A model generated the notes under the pieces. The model was not told the origin of the DNA, did no database searches, and was given only the letters and a program-made list of their open reading frames with translations. A DNA stretch of 60,246 nt from a virus (lineage: Duplodnaviria > Caudoviricetes), in IMG/VR virus record IMGVR_UViG_3300044833_000066, positions 1 to 60,246 of that record; one strand, written 5' to 3'. This document shows, piece by piece, positions 36,955 to 46,859 of the stretch (position 1 is its first letter; each line of letters starts with the position of its first letter). The translations under genes and the position numbers were made by a program.

Positions 36955-37682
36955 GCCAACGCGCCCCCGAAGCCTATCCGGGGCGCCCGCAGCGCCATCA
37001 GCTGCGCCAACATGCGGGTGCTTTCCGATGCACCGCGCTGCTCGACCTCGGGCGCGCTTTCGTACCCGGCGTACTTGATCATCGCCTGATACACGATCAG
37101 CATGTGAAACCGCGTCGGCATGCCGACCGGAACGTCGGTGTCAGCGACCATCTCGGATGGCGCGACGAAATAGTCGGCGGTAACGGTGTAGAGCCCATTC
37201 GGCGGCGGACCGAGATTGAGCGACTGATCCGGCCCGACCGCAACCACCACCGGCCGCGTCTGTACCGACCGCTGGGCGCCGAACATATAGCTGTCGCGCC
37301 ACGTATCGAACGGCACTTCGTCGAGATAATCCTCACCCTGGAACCCCATCGCAGTCGGGAACGCGCGGAACGTCTCGCGGTCCCACTTGCCGAACGCATC
37401 GACCGCTACGCCGACCGTGCCGGCGCCGGTGCCGAGCGGATAGCTGGCCTGGCCGGCGATGGTCGCGACGGTCACGCCGCCGCCGAGCAGCACGCTCGAG
37501 CGCATCCAATCCCAGTCGTCGTGCGACATCTGAACGTCCGACCACGCGTCCTGGACCCAGCCCACCACGCGCCCGAGGCTGCCGGTGGCGCCCACGACGG
37601 TGGACAACGCGGTCTGGATCGCGCTGCCGCTGGCAACGCCGCATTCCACGCACGCCCGCTGGCATAACTGAAGGTAGTTCAT
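36951..37682 (-). CDS. head-tail adaptor (tail tubular protein A-like)
   Basis: MNYLQLCQRA N-terminus, WDWM, P..FHMLIVY.A. Confidence 0.75.
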   Translation of the reverse strand: MNYLQLCQRACVECGVASGSAIQTALSTVVGATGSLGRVVGWVQDAWSDVQMSHDDWDWMRSSVLLGGGVTVATIAGQASYPLGTGAGTVGVAVDAFGKWDRETFRAFPTAMGFQGEDYLDEVPFDTWRDSYMFGAQRSVQTRPVVVAVGPDQSLNLGPPPNGLYTVTADYFVAPSEMVADTDVPVGMPTRFHMLIVYQAMIKYAGYESAPEVEQRGASESTRMLAQLMALRAPRIGFGGALA

Positions 37683-38182
37683 GGGTTCGCCGGCCAGCCG
37701 CCTGTCACGACGATCGCATCCGCGGCGGCAGCGGTTGCGGCGTTCGCGATCGAGGCTTTGAGCGTGCGGTAGTTGTTGGTGATGGTGGCCAGAAACGTGC
37801 CGACCTGCGCGGCGGTGACAGCGGCGTTAGTTCCGGATCGAATGAAAGACGCGAGATCGAAATTGGCGCTGAACAGTGTATCGAGCGCGGCCTGCTTAGT
37901 CGCCTTGTGCGTCGCTAGTTCAACCACCAATTCGGGTGCCGACAGCGCAACCTGCGTCCAGACCTGCGTCCATGCGCCGGCGACCTGCGTTGGCGCGGCT
38001 TCGACGATCTTCTGTCCGATAACAGCGGCCGGCGGCGCGGTCGGGGTGACGATATCAGCGCCGACGGCATCAGCGGCAACCGCATCGATCGTGACGGGGA
38101 GGGAAACGCCGGGGTTAATCTGGCGAAGGTCGAAGTCGGACAGCGGGTAGCGGCCGTCAGCGCGGTTGCGGAAGACGGTCAT
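37679..38182 (-). CDS. tail fibre assembly/chaperone-like protein
   Basis: YP....LRQINPGVSLP, WTQVW; follows receptor-binding gene. Confidence 0.55.
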   Translation of the reverse strand: MTVFRNRADGRYPLSDFDLRQINPGVSLPVTIDAVAADAVGADIVTPTAPPAAVIGQKIVEAAPTQVAGAWTQVWTQVALSAPELVVELATHKATKQAALDTLFSANFDLASFIRSGTNAAVTAAQVGTFLATITNNYRTLKASIANAATAAAADAIVVTGGWPANP

Positions 38183-39156
38183 GGTGAACTCGCCCCTATG
38201 GTGCTGGATGCCGCAGACGTAATAACCGCGAATATGCCGCCGCCGTAGGCAATGCTCTGCCATGATGTTGCTGAGGGCAGCGTTCTGGCGGTCCATGTGA
38301 TGCCGTCCGGTGACGAGGCAGCAACGGTCGTCGATGCGCCAGATCCGCCGGCAATTGCGACAAAGACCCCGTTGCCATACGTGATTGCAAGCCAGAGTGC
38401 GGAGGTGGGCAACACCCGAGCGGTCCATGCGATACCGTCCGGAGACGTCGCGGCGATCGTGCTGGGGTTGCTGGCGCTATTTTCCGCTACGGCAACAAAG
38501 ACGCCGTTGCCGTAAGCCACGCTTTGCCACATGGCCGAAGTTGGCAGCGTCCTGGCGGTCCAGGTGATACCGTCCGGTGAGGAAGCCGCAACAGTAGTAG
38601 TGCTGCTTCCTACGCCTTGCGTGAGAGCGACGAACAGCGAATTGCCAGCAACGGTGCCATAGGTAACAGACCCGTAGCCGAAGATCGGCGCCGTCGGCAG
38701 CGTGCGCAAGGTCCACGTTATGCCGTCTGGGGAGGTGGCTGCATTGCTGCTACCATTATCGACAGCAACAAAGATGCCGTTGCCAAACGTGAGCGACGAC
38801 CAACCAGAGGAAGGCGAAGGCATGGTCCGGGTGGTCCAGGTCACGCCATCCGGTGAGGTCGCTGCTGCGGTGCTTTGCGATGTGGCGACCAAGACGCCGT
38901 TTCCATACGCAATGGCCACCCAACTGCTGCTGGTCGGCATAGTCCGCGCGGTCCAGGTAATGCCATCGGGTGATGTGGCCGCCTGGGTCGTGGATCCGGC
39001 AAATCCGCCAAGTATGAGGAATTTGCCGGCGCCATAGCCCGCCGCGGCCCAACCGGCGCTCATTGCCGGAATTACCCGTTGGGTGAACGTCCCGGTGAAT
39101 GGAGCAAAGACGGCCCCGCCTGCCGCCGCCGCCATAAGGATCGAACGCGCGCTCAT
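38179..39156 (-). CDS. beta-propeller (BNR-like repeat) receptor-binding protein
   Basis: About six SPDGITWTARTLP...W..xYGNGVFVA repeats. Confidence 0.75.
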   Translation of the reverse strand: MSARSILMAAAAGGAVFAPFTGTFTQRVIPAMSAGWAAAGYGAGKFLILGGFAGSTTQAATSPDGITWTARTMPTSSSWVAIAYGNGVLVATSQSTAAATSPDGVTWTTRTMPSPSSGWSSLTFGNGIFVAVDNGSSNAATSPDGITWTLRTLPTAPIFGYGSVTYGTVAGNSLFVALTQGVGSSTTTVAASSPDGITWTARTLPTSAMWQSVAYGNGVFVAVAENSASNPSTIAATSPDGIAWTARVLPTSALWLAITYGNGVFVAIAGGSGASTTVAASSPDGITWTARTLPSATSWQSIAYGGGIFAVITSAASSTIGASSP

Positions 39157-40301
39157 CAGGCCATCCCCTTGCCAAGCAGCAGCCCGCGCCATGTCGTGCC
39201 GCCGTCGAGCGTGTAAAAGCCGAGCACGTCAATCCCGGATGCGGTCAGCGTTGGCGCCGATGCCGCTGCCCATTTCATCCCCGACCACCAGGTGATCGCG
39301 AACGCCCCGCCGTTCGTCAGTTCAAGAATCACCGAAGCGGATACACCGGCCGCCGGCACGTTGGAGACGGTGAACGTCGAGCCCACGGTTAATGTCTTGG
39401 TGAAGAAACTTCCGGCCTGCATGTCGAGATTGAGCGCCGCCATCGCGACACGGGTCTCAAACACCCCGGCGCTGAACGTCGGATTAGCCAGCGGTGCGCG
39501 GGATGTATCGGATGCATGCACGTGATCCGCCCGCGCCGCCGTGGTGCCGACGCCAACCGCAACCGTCCCATTCATCGCCGGGTTGGTCGATGATAGTACT
39601 ACGCCCGCGCCGGGGACCGATATCACCCCGGCGGCGATCGTTACCGATGTGCCGTCTACCTTGACCCCGCCCGACACCGTAGTCGATGCGGTTGGCAGGC
39701 TGTAAGCCGCAGCGGTGATCGCTGCCGCGACTTGCGCCGCGGTCTGATAACCGGTCGGGTTGGCCGCGGCATACCGCGTCGTATCGGTCGGGTGGATATG
39801 GTCCGCGCGGGCAAACGTCGTGCCGACGCCGATTGTAGCCGTGCCATCGATCAGCGGGGTTGTGCTGGAAGCCACGGGAAGTGCCGCCGCGACTTGCGCC
39901 GCGGTCTGATAGCCGGTTGGATTGGTCTGCAGGTAGTAGGTTGCCGCCGCCGTCGATGCCGCGAGCGCCCCGGTTATCCGGCTGTCGTTGCCGACCGCCG
40001 CTGTGGTTCCGGTGGTGCCGTAAGCGACCGAGATCGCCCCCGCCGTGTTGGTAAGCGTCGTGCCGTCCGGCTTGACGCCACCCAGGATGGAGTTCGTGCC
40101 CGTCGGAAGCGTGTAGGCTCCGGCGGCGATCAATGCGGCAACTTGCGCCGCAGTCTGATAGCCCGAGGGATTGGTCTGCAAATAGTAGGTTGCCGCCACC
40201 GCAGCTATGACCGTATCGAAAACGCCCTCGACATCGGACAGCTTGGCCGCCGGCAGACCTGCCGCGTTGACGCCGGTCTCCGGAATGACCGTGGTCGGCA
40301 T
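39156..40301 (-). CDS. tail fibre shaft protein with internal repeats
   Basis: Three NPxGYQTAAQVAA repeats, two ARADH repeats, LGGVK repeats; C-terminal domain shared with 30928 ORF. Confidence 0.75.
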   Translation of the reverse strand: MPTTVIPETGVNAAGLPAAKLSDVEGVFDTVIAAVAATYYLQTNPSGYQTAAQVAALIAAGAYTLPTGTNSILGGVKPDGTTLTNTAGAISVAYGTTGTTAAVGNDSRITGALAASTAAATYYLQTNPTGYQTAAQVAAALPVASSTTPLIDGTATIGVGTTFARADHIHPTDTTRYAAANPTGYQTAAQVAAAITAAAYSLPTASTTVSGGVKVDGTSVTIAAGVISVPGAGVVLSSTNPAMNGTVAVGVGTTAARADHVHASDTSRAPLANPTFSAGVFETRVAMAALNLDMQAGSFFTKTLTVGSTFTVSNVPAAGVSASVILELTNGGAFAITWWSGMKWAAASAPTLTASGIDVLGFYTLDGGTTWRGLLLGKGMA

Positions 40302-40792
40302 CAGAGGTTCCGGCGGCGGAGTTCAGTCACCCAGGCCGCGCCGCGCGGGTTGCGGTCCTCGATAATCGAGAACGAATGCACCGGCGAGGTAAACCGCTGC
40401 ACCACGTTGTTCGGCCGCTCGCTGTCCATCTCCCGGATCTCGGTATGCACGGTGTCAACCTTGGCCCGGATGATGACCTCCAGCACCTTGCGCTTGACCA
40501 CCAGCACGCGGCCAACGGGCAAATAACCGATCTCGTCCCAGCGGTTGTTTTGGAACACTTCGGCCGGCTTGCCATTGACCCAGATCGGAAACGCCATCGC
40601 CGCGTTCTTGTCCGACGACGGCTCGAGCCTGACTGTGACCGCCTCCTCCATGAACGCTAGTTCGTCGAGATAACCGGTGTCGCCGATCTTTTCGCCGATG
40701 ACGACGTCGCCCGCGTAGGTCGACGGATCGACGATCGGCGCCCGCTGCTCGACCTTGGGCAGCGTGTCTGAATGCAGTTCTTGGCGAGCCAT
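40301..40792 (-). CDS. conserved head-region protein
   Basis: AGGAGGA SD; LAFMEE, VNG, EDRNPRGAAW motifs. Confidence 0.7.
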   Translation of the reverse strand: MARQELHSDTLPKVEQRAPIVDPSTYAGDVVIGEKIGDTGYLDELAFMEEAVTVRLEPSSDKNAAMAFPIWVNGKPAEVFQNNRWDEIGYLPVGRVLVVKRKVLEVIIRAKVDTVHTEIREMDSERPNNVVQRFTSPVHSFSIIEDRNPRGAAWVTELRRRNL

Positions 40793-40848
40793 TCCAGTCC
40801 TCCTGGCAGGGTGGGCGAGGCCGCTCGATGCTGCCCCGCGCGCGCGTA

Positions 40849-41352
40849 TCAGCTGGACTGCGGTCGAGCCGGCAGCTGCCCAACGTTCTGGAACGTCGAC
40901 GCCGACACGCCCGACGCCGTCCACGAGCCGGTGCCAGGGATCCACGCCGCAGCCGAGGGCGCGGTCCTGACGATGGTGTATGCGAGCGGGAGGAAGTTGT
41001 TCGGCAGATCCGGAAACTGCGGATCATTGATCAGCGCACCCACGGTCGTGGTCACGCCCGTGAGCGTTGCAATGATCGGCCCCTGCACGAGCTGGAGCAC
41101 CCCCGCCTGGGTTTGCCCGAACACCAGCGCACAGGTCTGGTTCGGTTGCAGCGCGTTGAACGCAAGCCCGGTGCTGGCGTCCGTGGTCGGACTGGCGGCG
41201 TTGGTCTGGGCGGCCAGCGTGGTGACGAACTTGCCGTTGATCAGCCCTGCCGTTGTCACCGTGGAGGTGAACGTCGAGGTCGTGCCGGCGACGGCGGCGG
41301 CATTGACAAGGTTAAGCGTGACCGATGGATCAAAGTCAGTGGCGTATGCCAT
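40849..41352 (-). CDS. capsid decoration/cement protein
   Basis: Downstream of MCP; AAGGAG SD; similar to adjacent ORF. Confidence 0.6.
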   Translation of the reverse strand: MAYATDFDPSVTLNLVNAAAVAGTTSTFTSTVTTAGLINGKFVTTLAAQTNAASPTTDASTGLAFNALQPNQTCALVFGQTQAGVLQLVQGPIIATLTGVTTTVGALINDPQFPDLPNNFLPLAYTIVRTAPSAAAWIPGTGSWTASGVSASTFQNVGQLPARPQSS

Positions 41353-41411
41353 TTTGAATTCTCCTTAGACCGCGTTTCGGCGGTGATAACGCGCGTTAAC
41401 GAAACGCGGAC

Positions 41412-41912
41412 TTAAACCAGCACGGTCGGGTCGAACGCACCCAACGGGCTGACATAAACCGTGGTGGCGGTATCGAGTGGTGTCGTGCCGCCGGTGAACG
41501 TCGATGCGTTGGTGATGATCAGAAACCCGACCAGCGCCTTCCCGTCCGGCGGCTGCGGAAACACCACGCCGCCGAGCGTCGCCGCCTGCGTTCCCGCCGC
41601 CGCCGTCAGGACACCAGCGATGTCCACGAAGAAGCAGACGACGTTGAAGTTCGCCGCGGTGATCACGATCCCGGTCAGCGCCGGCATCGCCGTGCCGGCC
41701 GCGACCTTGACCAAGACACCTTGCACAGACGCATAGAAGTCCGCCGCGCCGATCTTGGGGAACGCCGCACCAGCGCCATTGATCACCAGCCCGGCGGAGG
41801 TCAGCGGCTGCGACGAATAGCGGTCCACCAGCGACTTGAGGATCCGCCGCAACGCCGTGCGCGACTGACTATCGGTAATCCCGGCCAGAAGCCGGGTCAT
41901 GGTATCAAGCAT
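41412..41912 (-). CDS. capsid decoration/cement protein
   Basis: Immediately downstream of MCP; FP.PP....VG motif. Confidence 0.6.
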   Translation of the reverse strand: MLDTMTRLLAGITDSQSRTALRRILKSLVDRYSSQPLTSAGLVINGAGAAFPKIGAADFYASVQGVLVKVAAGTAMPALTGIVITAANFNVVCFFVDIAGVLTAAAGTQAATLGGVVFPQPPDGKALVGFLIITNASTFTGGTTPLDTATTVYVSPLGAFDPTVLV

Positions 41913-41938
41913 TGGAATTCTCCTTTACTTGCTACCGA

Positions 41939-43009
41939 TCAGACCAGGACTTTGCTGCCGACGTAGCCGACCGCCATCCACCCCTGGTTCTCGATCATGA
42001 CCGCCTTCCACCAGGCCGTGCCGGCATAGCCGCGCTGGCCCAGCGGGTCGGATTTGGACTTTTCGCCCGGCGGCAGGAACGTGGGCGACAGGCTGTCCTT
42101 GCCGCGCAACGCGATCTGCCCCCATGCATCCTGCGCCGTCACGAGGAACGGATAGACGTCGATCGAGACGCCGGTGGTGGAATAGAGCCCGGTCGCACCG
42201 ATGGCCGCGCCGCCGTCCTGGATCGATGGCAGGTCCGGCGAGGTGACGAACCGGAACCGCTCGCACTTGCCGATTTCATTCGCGATCGGCGAGCCGGTGG
42301 CATACGCCTCGGTCGGCACGAAATTCGGCAGGTCGCGAATGTCCGGCTCCAAATCCGTATGGCAGTAAACGGTATATCCCTCGGCGACGGGATCGGTGGC
42401 GAAGTTCGGGCCCGCCTTCAGCACCTTGTTGACCGGCTTGCCGTGGTTGGCCTGCAGGTTTTTCGCGATCTTGCGCACCATGCCGAGCGTCATCCCGCCG
42501 GCGACTGTAGCGATCGACGTCCCTGCGCCGCCGTAGTAGGGGTTGGTGGACCCGCGCAGCGCGCCCCAGATGATCATCTCGTTGACGAACGTCACCCGCT
42601 CGCCGATCTGCTCGATCATCGCCTTCGGGATGTCGTCCTCATACAGATCATAGGTCTTGTCGGTAAACCCGTAGAGGCAGCCGAACTGCTGCACGACGAC
42701 GGTGATATCCAGCGGCACGATGCTGTCGGGCGCCGGCGTCACGCCCTCCTGGATCTGGTGCGCCTGGGTGATGATGTTGCCGCGGTCGCCGGTTGCGTTC
42801 TGGAAGAACTGGTTTTGCGAGGACGCCGAGGTCGCGGTCGCGCCATACGGCAGCCAGCGGCGAGCTACATATGTGTCGCTGCTGTTACGAGGCATCGGTA
42901 TTTGCCTCCCCGTCTTTCCCAAAACCTCTAGAGGGACAGCATGAGCAAGTATCTCGCCCTTATACTTGTTTATCCGACCGGGTGTCAAAGTGAAGTTCTG
43001 CATCGTCAT
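41939..43009 (-). CDS. major capsid protein (N4 gp56-like)
   Basis: EGVTP, YCHTDLEPDIRDL, SKSDPLGQRGY motifs. Confidence 0.9.
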   Translation of the reverse strand: MTMQNFTLTPGRINKYKGEILAHAVPLEVLGKTGRQIPMPRNSSDTYVARRWLPYGATATSASSQNQFFQNATGDRGNIITQAHQIQEGVTPAPDSIVPLDITVVVQQFGCLYGFTDKTYDLYEDDIPKAMIEQIGERVTFVNEMIIWGALRGSTNPYYGGAGTSIATVAGGMTLGMVRKIAKNLQANHGKPVNKVLKAGPNFATDPVAEGYTVYCHTDLEPDIRDLPNFVPTEAYATGSPIANEIGKCERFRFVTSPDLPSIQDGGAAIGATGLYSTTGVSIDVYPFLVTAQDAWGQIALRGKDSLSPTFLPPGEKSKSDPLGQRGYAGTAWWKAVMIENQGWMAVGYVGSKVLV

Positions 43010-43209
43010 AGTATTGGTTGTCCTGTGACTAGATGGTTTCGTTCATTTACTTAGGTGAGAAACCGCCGTCACAGGGCGCCGGTCGTAGGCCACACGCCGA
43101 AGCGCCATGGTCGTTGCTAGTTTATGTTGATCTGTGTATAGACCGGGTCAGCAGGCGCGCCGCCGCACTGTGCCGATGGGATGCCGAACGAGCCAGAAAA
43201 GCGGTTTCA

Positions 43210-44064
43210 TCAGCGTGACCGAAACCCCTCCTCGAACATGTCATCGTCACTTTTCCCGCCGGCGGCTGCGCCGGCATTGTCGCCCCGAGGTTGCACAGCA
43301 CTGCGGATGCGGTCGGCTCGCGCGATATCGCGTGGCGTCGTCCCGTTTAGCTTCGGCACTGCTTTGGTCTCGTTCTGAAACGTCCTGATCGCCCGACCGA
43401 TGACGGCGGCAGACTCGCTGCCGTTGACCCGGTTTTGATAGGCGACGTCTTTGGTGGAGAGCCATTTCCGAAAGGGATTGTTCGGATCAGGCTGCTCGCG
43501 TGTCACGTCGACCGCGCCGACGATCTTTCTCCATTCAGGATATGCGTCCTCGAGCGCTTCAATCTCACGACGGCTGGTGTAGGACGCCAGCATCGTTTCG
43601 ATTTTTCCGGGATCGACGTCATTGGCGCCGGTGCCGGGAAGGCCGGAGAGCGCAGCCTCGAGTGCCGCCCTGGTTTGTTGCGCAAGTTCCGGAAAGTCGC
43701 GCTCCATCGCGGCGAACGCGTCTTTCGGGATCTCGATCTTCCGACCCGCAGGCGTCTGCGCCTGGAAGCCGTTGACCAGCTTCTGGAGGTTCCCGATGGT
43801 CCCGAACGCCTTGGACAGCTGCTGATCGTACGACGCCGTCTTGGCGGCTGCGGCGCGCACGTCGGCCCAGTCCTTGGCCGTGATCTGGACGTATTCCGGC
43901 GCCGGTGTCGCCTCTGCCCGTGGGGTTGCCGCGGGTTCGGGCTTGTCCGGCTTGCCGGTCGGTTGTGCTGCGGTTTTGCCTTCGACGCCGGTGAAGCCAG
44001 AGCCAAAATCGGCTTGCGCCTGCGCGTCATCGGCCGCTGCTGTGTCGGGTTTTTCGTCAGCCAT
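43210..44064 (-). CDS. scaffolding protein
   Basis: Acidic N-terminus, YPEW, DDDMFEEGF C-terminus; between portal and MCP. Confidence 0.7.
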   Translation of the reverse strand: MADEKPDTAAADDAQAQADFGSGFTGVEGKTAAQPTGKPDKPEPAATPRAEATPAPEYVQITAKDWADVRAAAAKTASYDQQLSKAFGTIGNLQKLVNGFQAQTPAGRKIEIPKDAFAAMERDFPELAQQTRAALEAALSGLPGTGANDVDPGKIETMLASYTSRREIEALEDAYPEWRKIVGAVDVTREQPDPNNPFRKWLSTKDVAYQNRVNGSESAAVIGRAIRTFQNETKAVPKLNGTTPRDIARADRIRSAVQPRGDNAGAAAGGKSDDDMFEEGFRSR

Positions 44065-44094
44065 TGTTGGGTGTTGCTCCGTTACCGCCGCGCC

Positions 44095-44319
44095 TTACGG
44101 TGCGCCGTCATCATCGCCGGTCATGATTGGCCGGTCCGCATCGAGCGCGATGAGACGCTTCAATGCCTTAATTTCGCCGCGTATCGACGCGGTTTCATAC
44201 TCGCTCATGGCCGCGTCATTGCGGACGCGCAGGTCGGCGAGCCGATCCGCGAGATGCCCCACCAGCCGGCGCCAGAGACCCTGCGTCTTCTCGTGCTCGG
44301 TGAGTTGGAAGTCGATCAT
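44095..44319 (-). CDS. conserved small protein after portal
   Basis: LRVRND...TASIRGEIKALK motif; ATGA-coupled. Confidence 0.75.
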   Translation of the reverse strand: MIDFQLTEHEKTQGLWRRLVGHLADRLADLRVRNDAAMSEYETASIRGEIKALKRLIALDADRPIMTGDDDGAP

Positions 44320-46859
44320 TGCGCCGGACCTTGCTCAAACGCGCGCCCATTCCCAGACCGCCCCGGCACCTGGATCGGCGGCCTCGCACCACGCGGCGGC
44401 TGCGCCAGCGCCGGCTTCGGCACCGGATTGTGGTGCTTGTGCAAATCGACTTCGCGATCGGCCGCATTCAGTTCGCGCTGCGCCTGCAGGGTCATCGCCG
44501 TCTTCGCCAATTCTGCCTTGGCCTGGTCGAGCGAGATCCCCCGACGATTTGCGTAGTCCATCATCGCCCGCTGATGCTCCATTTCAAGCGCGTGCGCCTT
44601 GATGGTCAGTTCGCCATGCACGCGGGTCTGCTCGACCTGCACCTTGCCGCCCTCGAGTACATGCGCCGCGGCAGCGATCTGCCCCTCCGCCTGCGTCGTC
44701 TGTTGGTCCGCCGTTTGCTTCATCACCCCGAGCTTGATCTGCGCATCGGCGGCGATCTTGGCGACCGTCACGGCCGGCTGTTCCGGCGGCGGGTTGGCGT
44801 CGATCTTGGCCTGTTCTTCCTCGGAGTACATCACATCGTCTGGGTTAAGCCGCTTCGATTTCAGGAACAACCGCGCCCAGCGTTTCGGGTCTATCCCATA
44901 GATCGGATTGGCCGCCATGTTGCCCATCTGCGCAATGCTCTGGTCCTGGATGGCGCGCTCGACCAGCGCGATGGAGCCGTGCGCATCGATCTGGAATTCG
45001 CCCTTTTCCTCGTTCGGCACGCCCGGATCGAGCAGCAGCCATTCGTAATACTGCCGGATCACCGGCTCGGTGATGTAGTCGTCGAACGCATAGCCGATCG
45101 AGCGCAGCAACTGGTTCGCGTTGTTGTTCTGCAGCTGCGCCGCGCCGAACGTGTCCGGCGTGGTCGCCCCCGACTGGCCCTGCGTGATCAGCGGGATCGA
45201 GGTGGTTTCCTCGGCGAACCGCTCGCCCAGCGTGATGATCTGCATCAACTCATTCGTCACATTCGGGATCGCGACCGCCATGAACGACTGGCGGACATCG
45301 GCCGCGCCCTCGTTGGTTTTGTACCAAATCTTGTCCGGCGTGATCGTCCAGTTTTCGTCCGCCGGACGGATCGCCGCCTCATCGATGACGAACTGCGATC
45401 CCGCGCTCTTGCCTGCGTTGTTCAGCAGCGCCCGCAGCGATGCGTTAGTGACCTTCTGCGGCGTCCGCATCTGCTCGGCGACACCGACGCCAGCCCAGTG
45501 CGACGCCCGCCGCTGCCATGGCATCGAGTGATACGGAAACGAGCCGCTGTCGAGCGGATTGATCGCCGCCCGCACAACCGAATCATTGATCAACGTGACG
45601 ATGACATGGCTCTCGCTGCTGTCGTCGTCGGCCTGCTCCGGCGGCTTGCCCGCCGCCTGGTCGATCGCGGCCATTTCGTCGCGGGTCAACGAGCCGTAGA
45701 AATACCAGACCTCGAAGCGGCCCTTTTGCTCCGCGCCGACGCGCCGATCGCCCTCTGAATTGACCTTATTGGGGCCCTCCTCGAGCACCTTGTCGAGCTG
45801 ATCCTTGATGTAGCCGGGCAGCCTCTTCAGCCCGCGCACCTGCCGCGCCGACATATGGTCGCGCTCAAAGATAAAGTCGCCGTCGTGGATGTTCTCGCCG
45901 CACGCCGGATCCGGAAAGATGTTCCACGGATCGACCCAGATCGCCGCCGGGATGATTTTTTCCCGAATGAGCAGTTCGACACCGCCGGCCTTTTTCTCGA
46001 CGACAGCCATCACTCGCTTTGACTTCGGTGTGGGCGCCTTGAGCACGCCGACGCCGATCCGCGCCGCGTCGGCGATGACCTTGCGAATCTCGGCGCGGTA
46101 TTGCGTCTCCACCATCCAGTCGTAGATCCGTGTTTCCGCCGCCTCGGCCTTTTTGCGCGCCTTCTCGATCGCCTCGACGGCAAAGTCCTTGACCGTCAGC
46201 GGCACCCGTGGCGGCGCAGGAGCCGCTTGCGCCCCGGCTGGACCAGGTGGGGCGGGCGGGCCGCCAGGCGGCGCAGGAGCCGCCCCGGGCGGCGGCGCTG
46301 CAGGCGGTGGCGGTGGCGGTGGTGGCGCAGGCGGCGGAGCAGCCGCAGCCGGTGGCGCCTCGCCAGGCTGCACCGGACGGGTCAGCGGCATGCCCAACCC
46401 GCTATGCACGACCTGGCTGTCGTCCTCCTTCGCCGCCAGCAATTCCGGCACCGGCATTTCGCTGAAGCTGAACGCCTTGTCATCTGCGGGCAAAAGGATC
46501 TCGCCCAACTTGGCGACGCCGGCGTCGACGTACCGCGAGGTCAGCCGCAGGAACACGGTCGAGCGGTGATCGGTATTTTTCGACTTGCGCCCGGTCGTGA
46601 CCGGACCCGTCATCGATGTGGGCTTGGCCCAACGTGCATTGACGAATTCATGCCGGTTGGCGTCGTCGATGCCGAGATAGGCCTCCTCGCACTCGGTCCA
46701 TGTCGACTCAATGCCGGACTGACCGCGCGCCCCCTTGGCCTCCTCACGCTTGGCCGCGATCTCGACGCCGATCGCCGCCAGCACCGACGCCGGCGCATCC
46801 ATGTGCGGCGCGAGGATGTCCCGGACTGAGTCCGGCAGGTCGGAGAGGCTGTCGCTCAT
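44316..46859 (-). CDS. portal protein (P22/N4-like) with Pro-rich insertion
   Basis: AARIGVGVLK, VDPWNIFPDP, WAGVGVAE, C-terminal coiled coil. Confidence 0.85.
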   Translation of the reverse strand: MSDSLSDLPDSVRDILAPHMDAPASVLAAIGVEIAAKREEAKGARGQSGIESTWTECEEAYLGIDDANRHEFVNARWAKPTSMTGPVTTGRKSKNTDHRSTVFLRLTSRYVDAGVAKLGEILLPADDKAFSFSEMPVPELLAAKEDDSQVVHSGLGMPLTRPVQPGEAPPAAAAPPPAPPPPPPPPAAPPPGAAPAPPGGPPAPPGPAGAQAAPAPPRVPLTVKDFAVEAIEKARKKAEAAETRIYDWMVETQYRAEIRKVIADAARIGVGVLKAPTPKSKRVMAVVEKKAGGVELLIREKIIPAAIWVDPWNIFPDPACGENIHDGDFIFERDHMSARQVRGLKRLPGYIKDQLDKVLEEGPNKVNSEGDRRVGAEQKGRFEVWYFYGSLTRDEMAAIDQAAGKPPEQADDDSSESHVIVTLINDSVVRAAINPLDSGSFPYHSMPWQRRASHWAGVGVAEQMRTPQKVTNASLRALLNNAGKSAGSQFVIDEAAIRPADENWTITPDKIWYKTNEGAADVRQSFMAVAIPNVTNELMQIITLGERFAEETTSIPLITQGQSGATTPDTFGAAQLQNNNANQLLRSIGYAFDDYITEPVIRQYYEWLLLDPGVPNEEKGEFQIDAHGSIALVERAIQDQSIAQMGNMAANPIYGIDPKRWARLFLKSKRLNPDDVMYSEEEQAKIDANPPPEQPAVTVAKIAADAQIKLGVMKQTADQQTTQAEGQIAAAAHVLEGGKVQVEQTRVHGELTIKAHALEMEHQRAMMDYANRRGISLDQAKAELAKTAMTLQAQRELNAADREVDLHKHHNPVPKPALAQPPRGARPPIQVPGRSGNGRAFEQGPAQ

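Noticed and set aside
30928-39460. Duplicated tail-domain DNA as a DGR template/variable repeat pair
   Set aside because: No reverse transcriptase in the window; both copies are in coding genes and the differences are not adenine-specific
41912-42931. Long alternative-frame and antisense ORFs (also 53340..54725, 44319..45758, 43435..44556 and similar)
   Set aside because: Shadow ORFs expected in high-GC DNA; they overlap well-supported genes and have Arg/Gly-rich non-protein-like composition
46200-46380. Pro-rich segment of portal as an intein or mobile insertion
   Set aside because: Low-complexity Pro/Ala linker without intein splice motifs or an endonuclease
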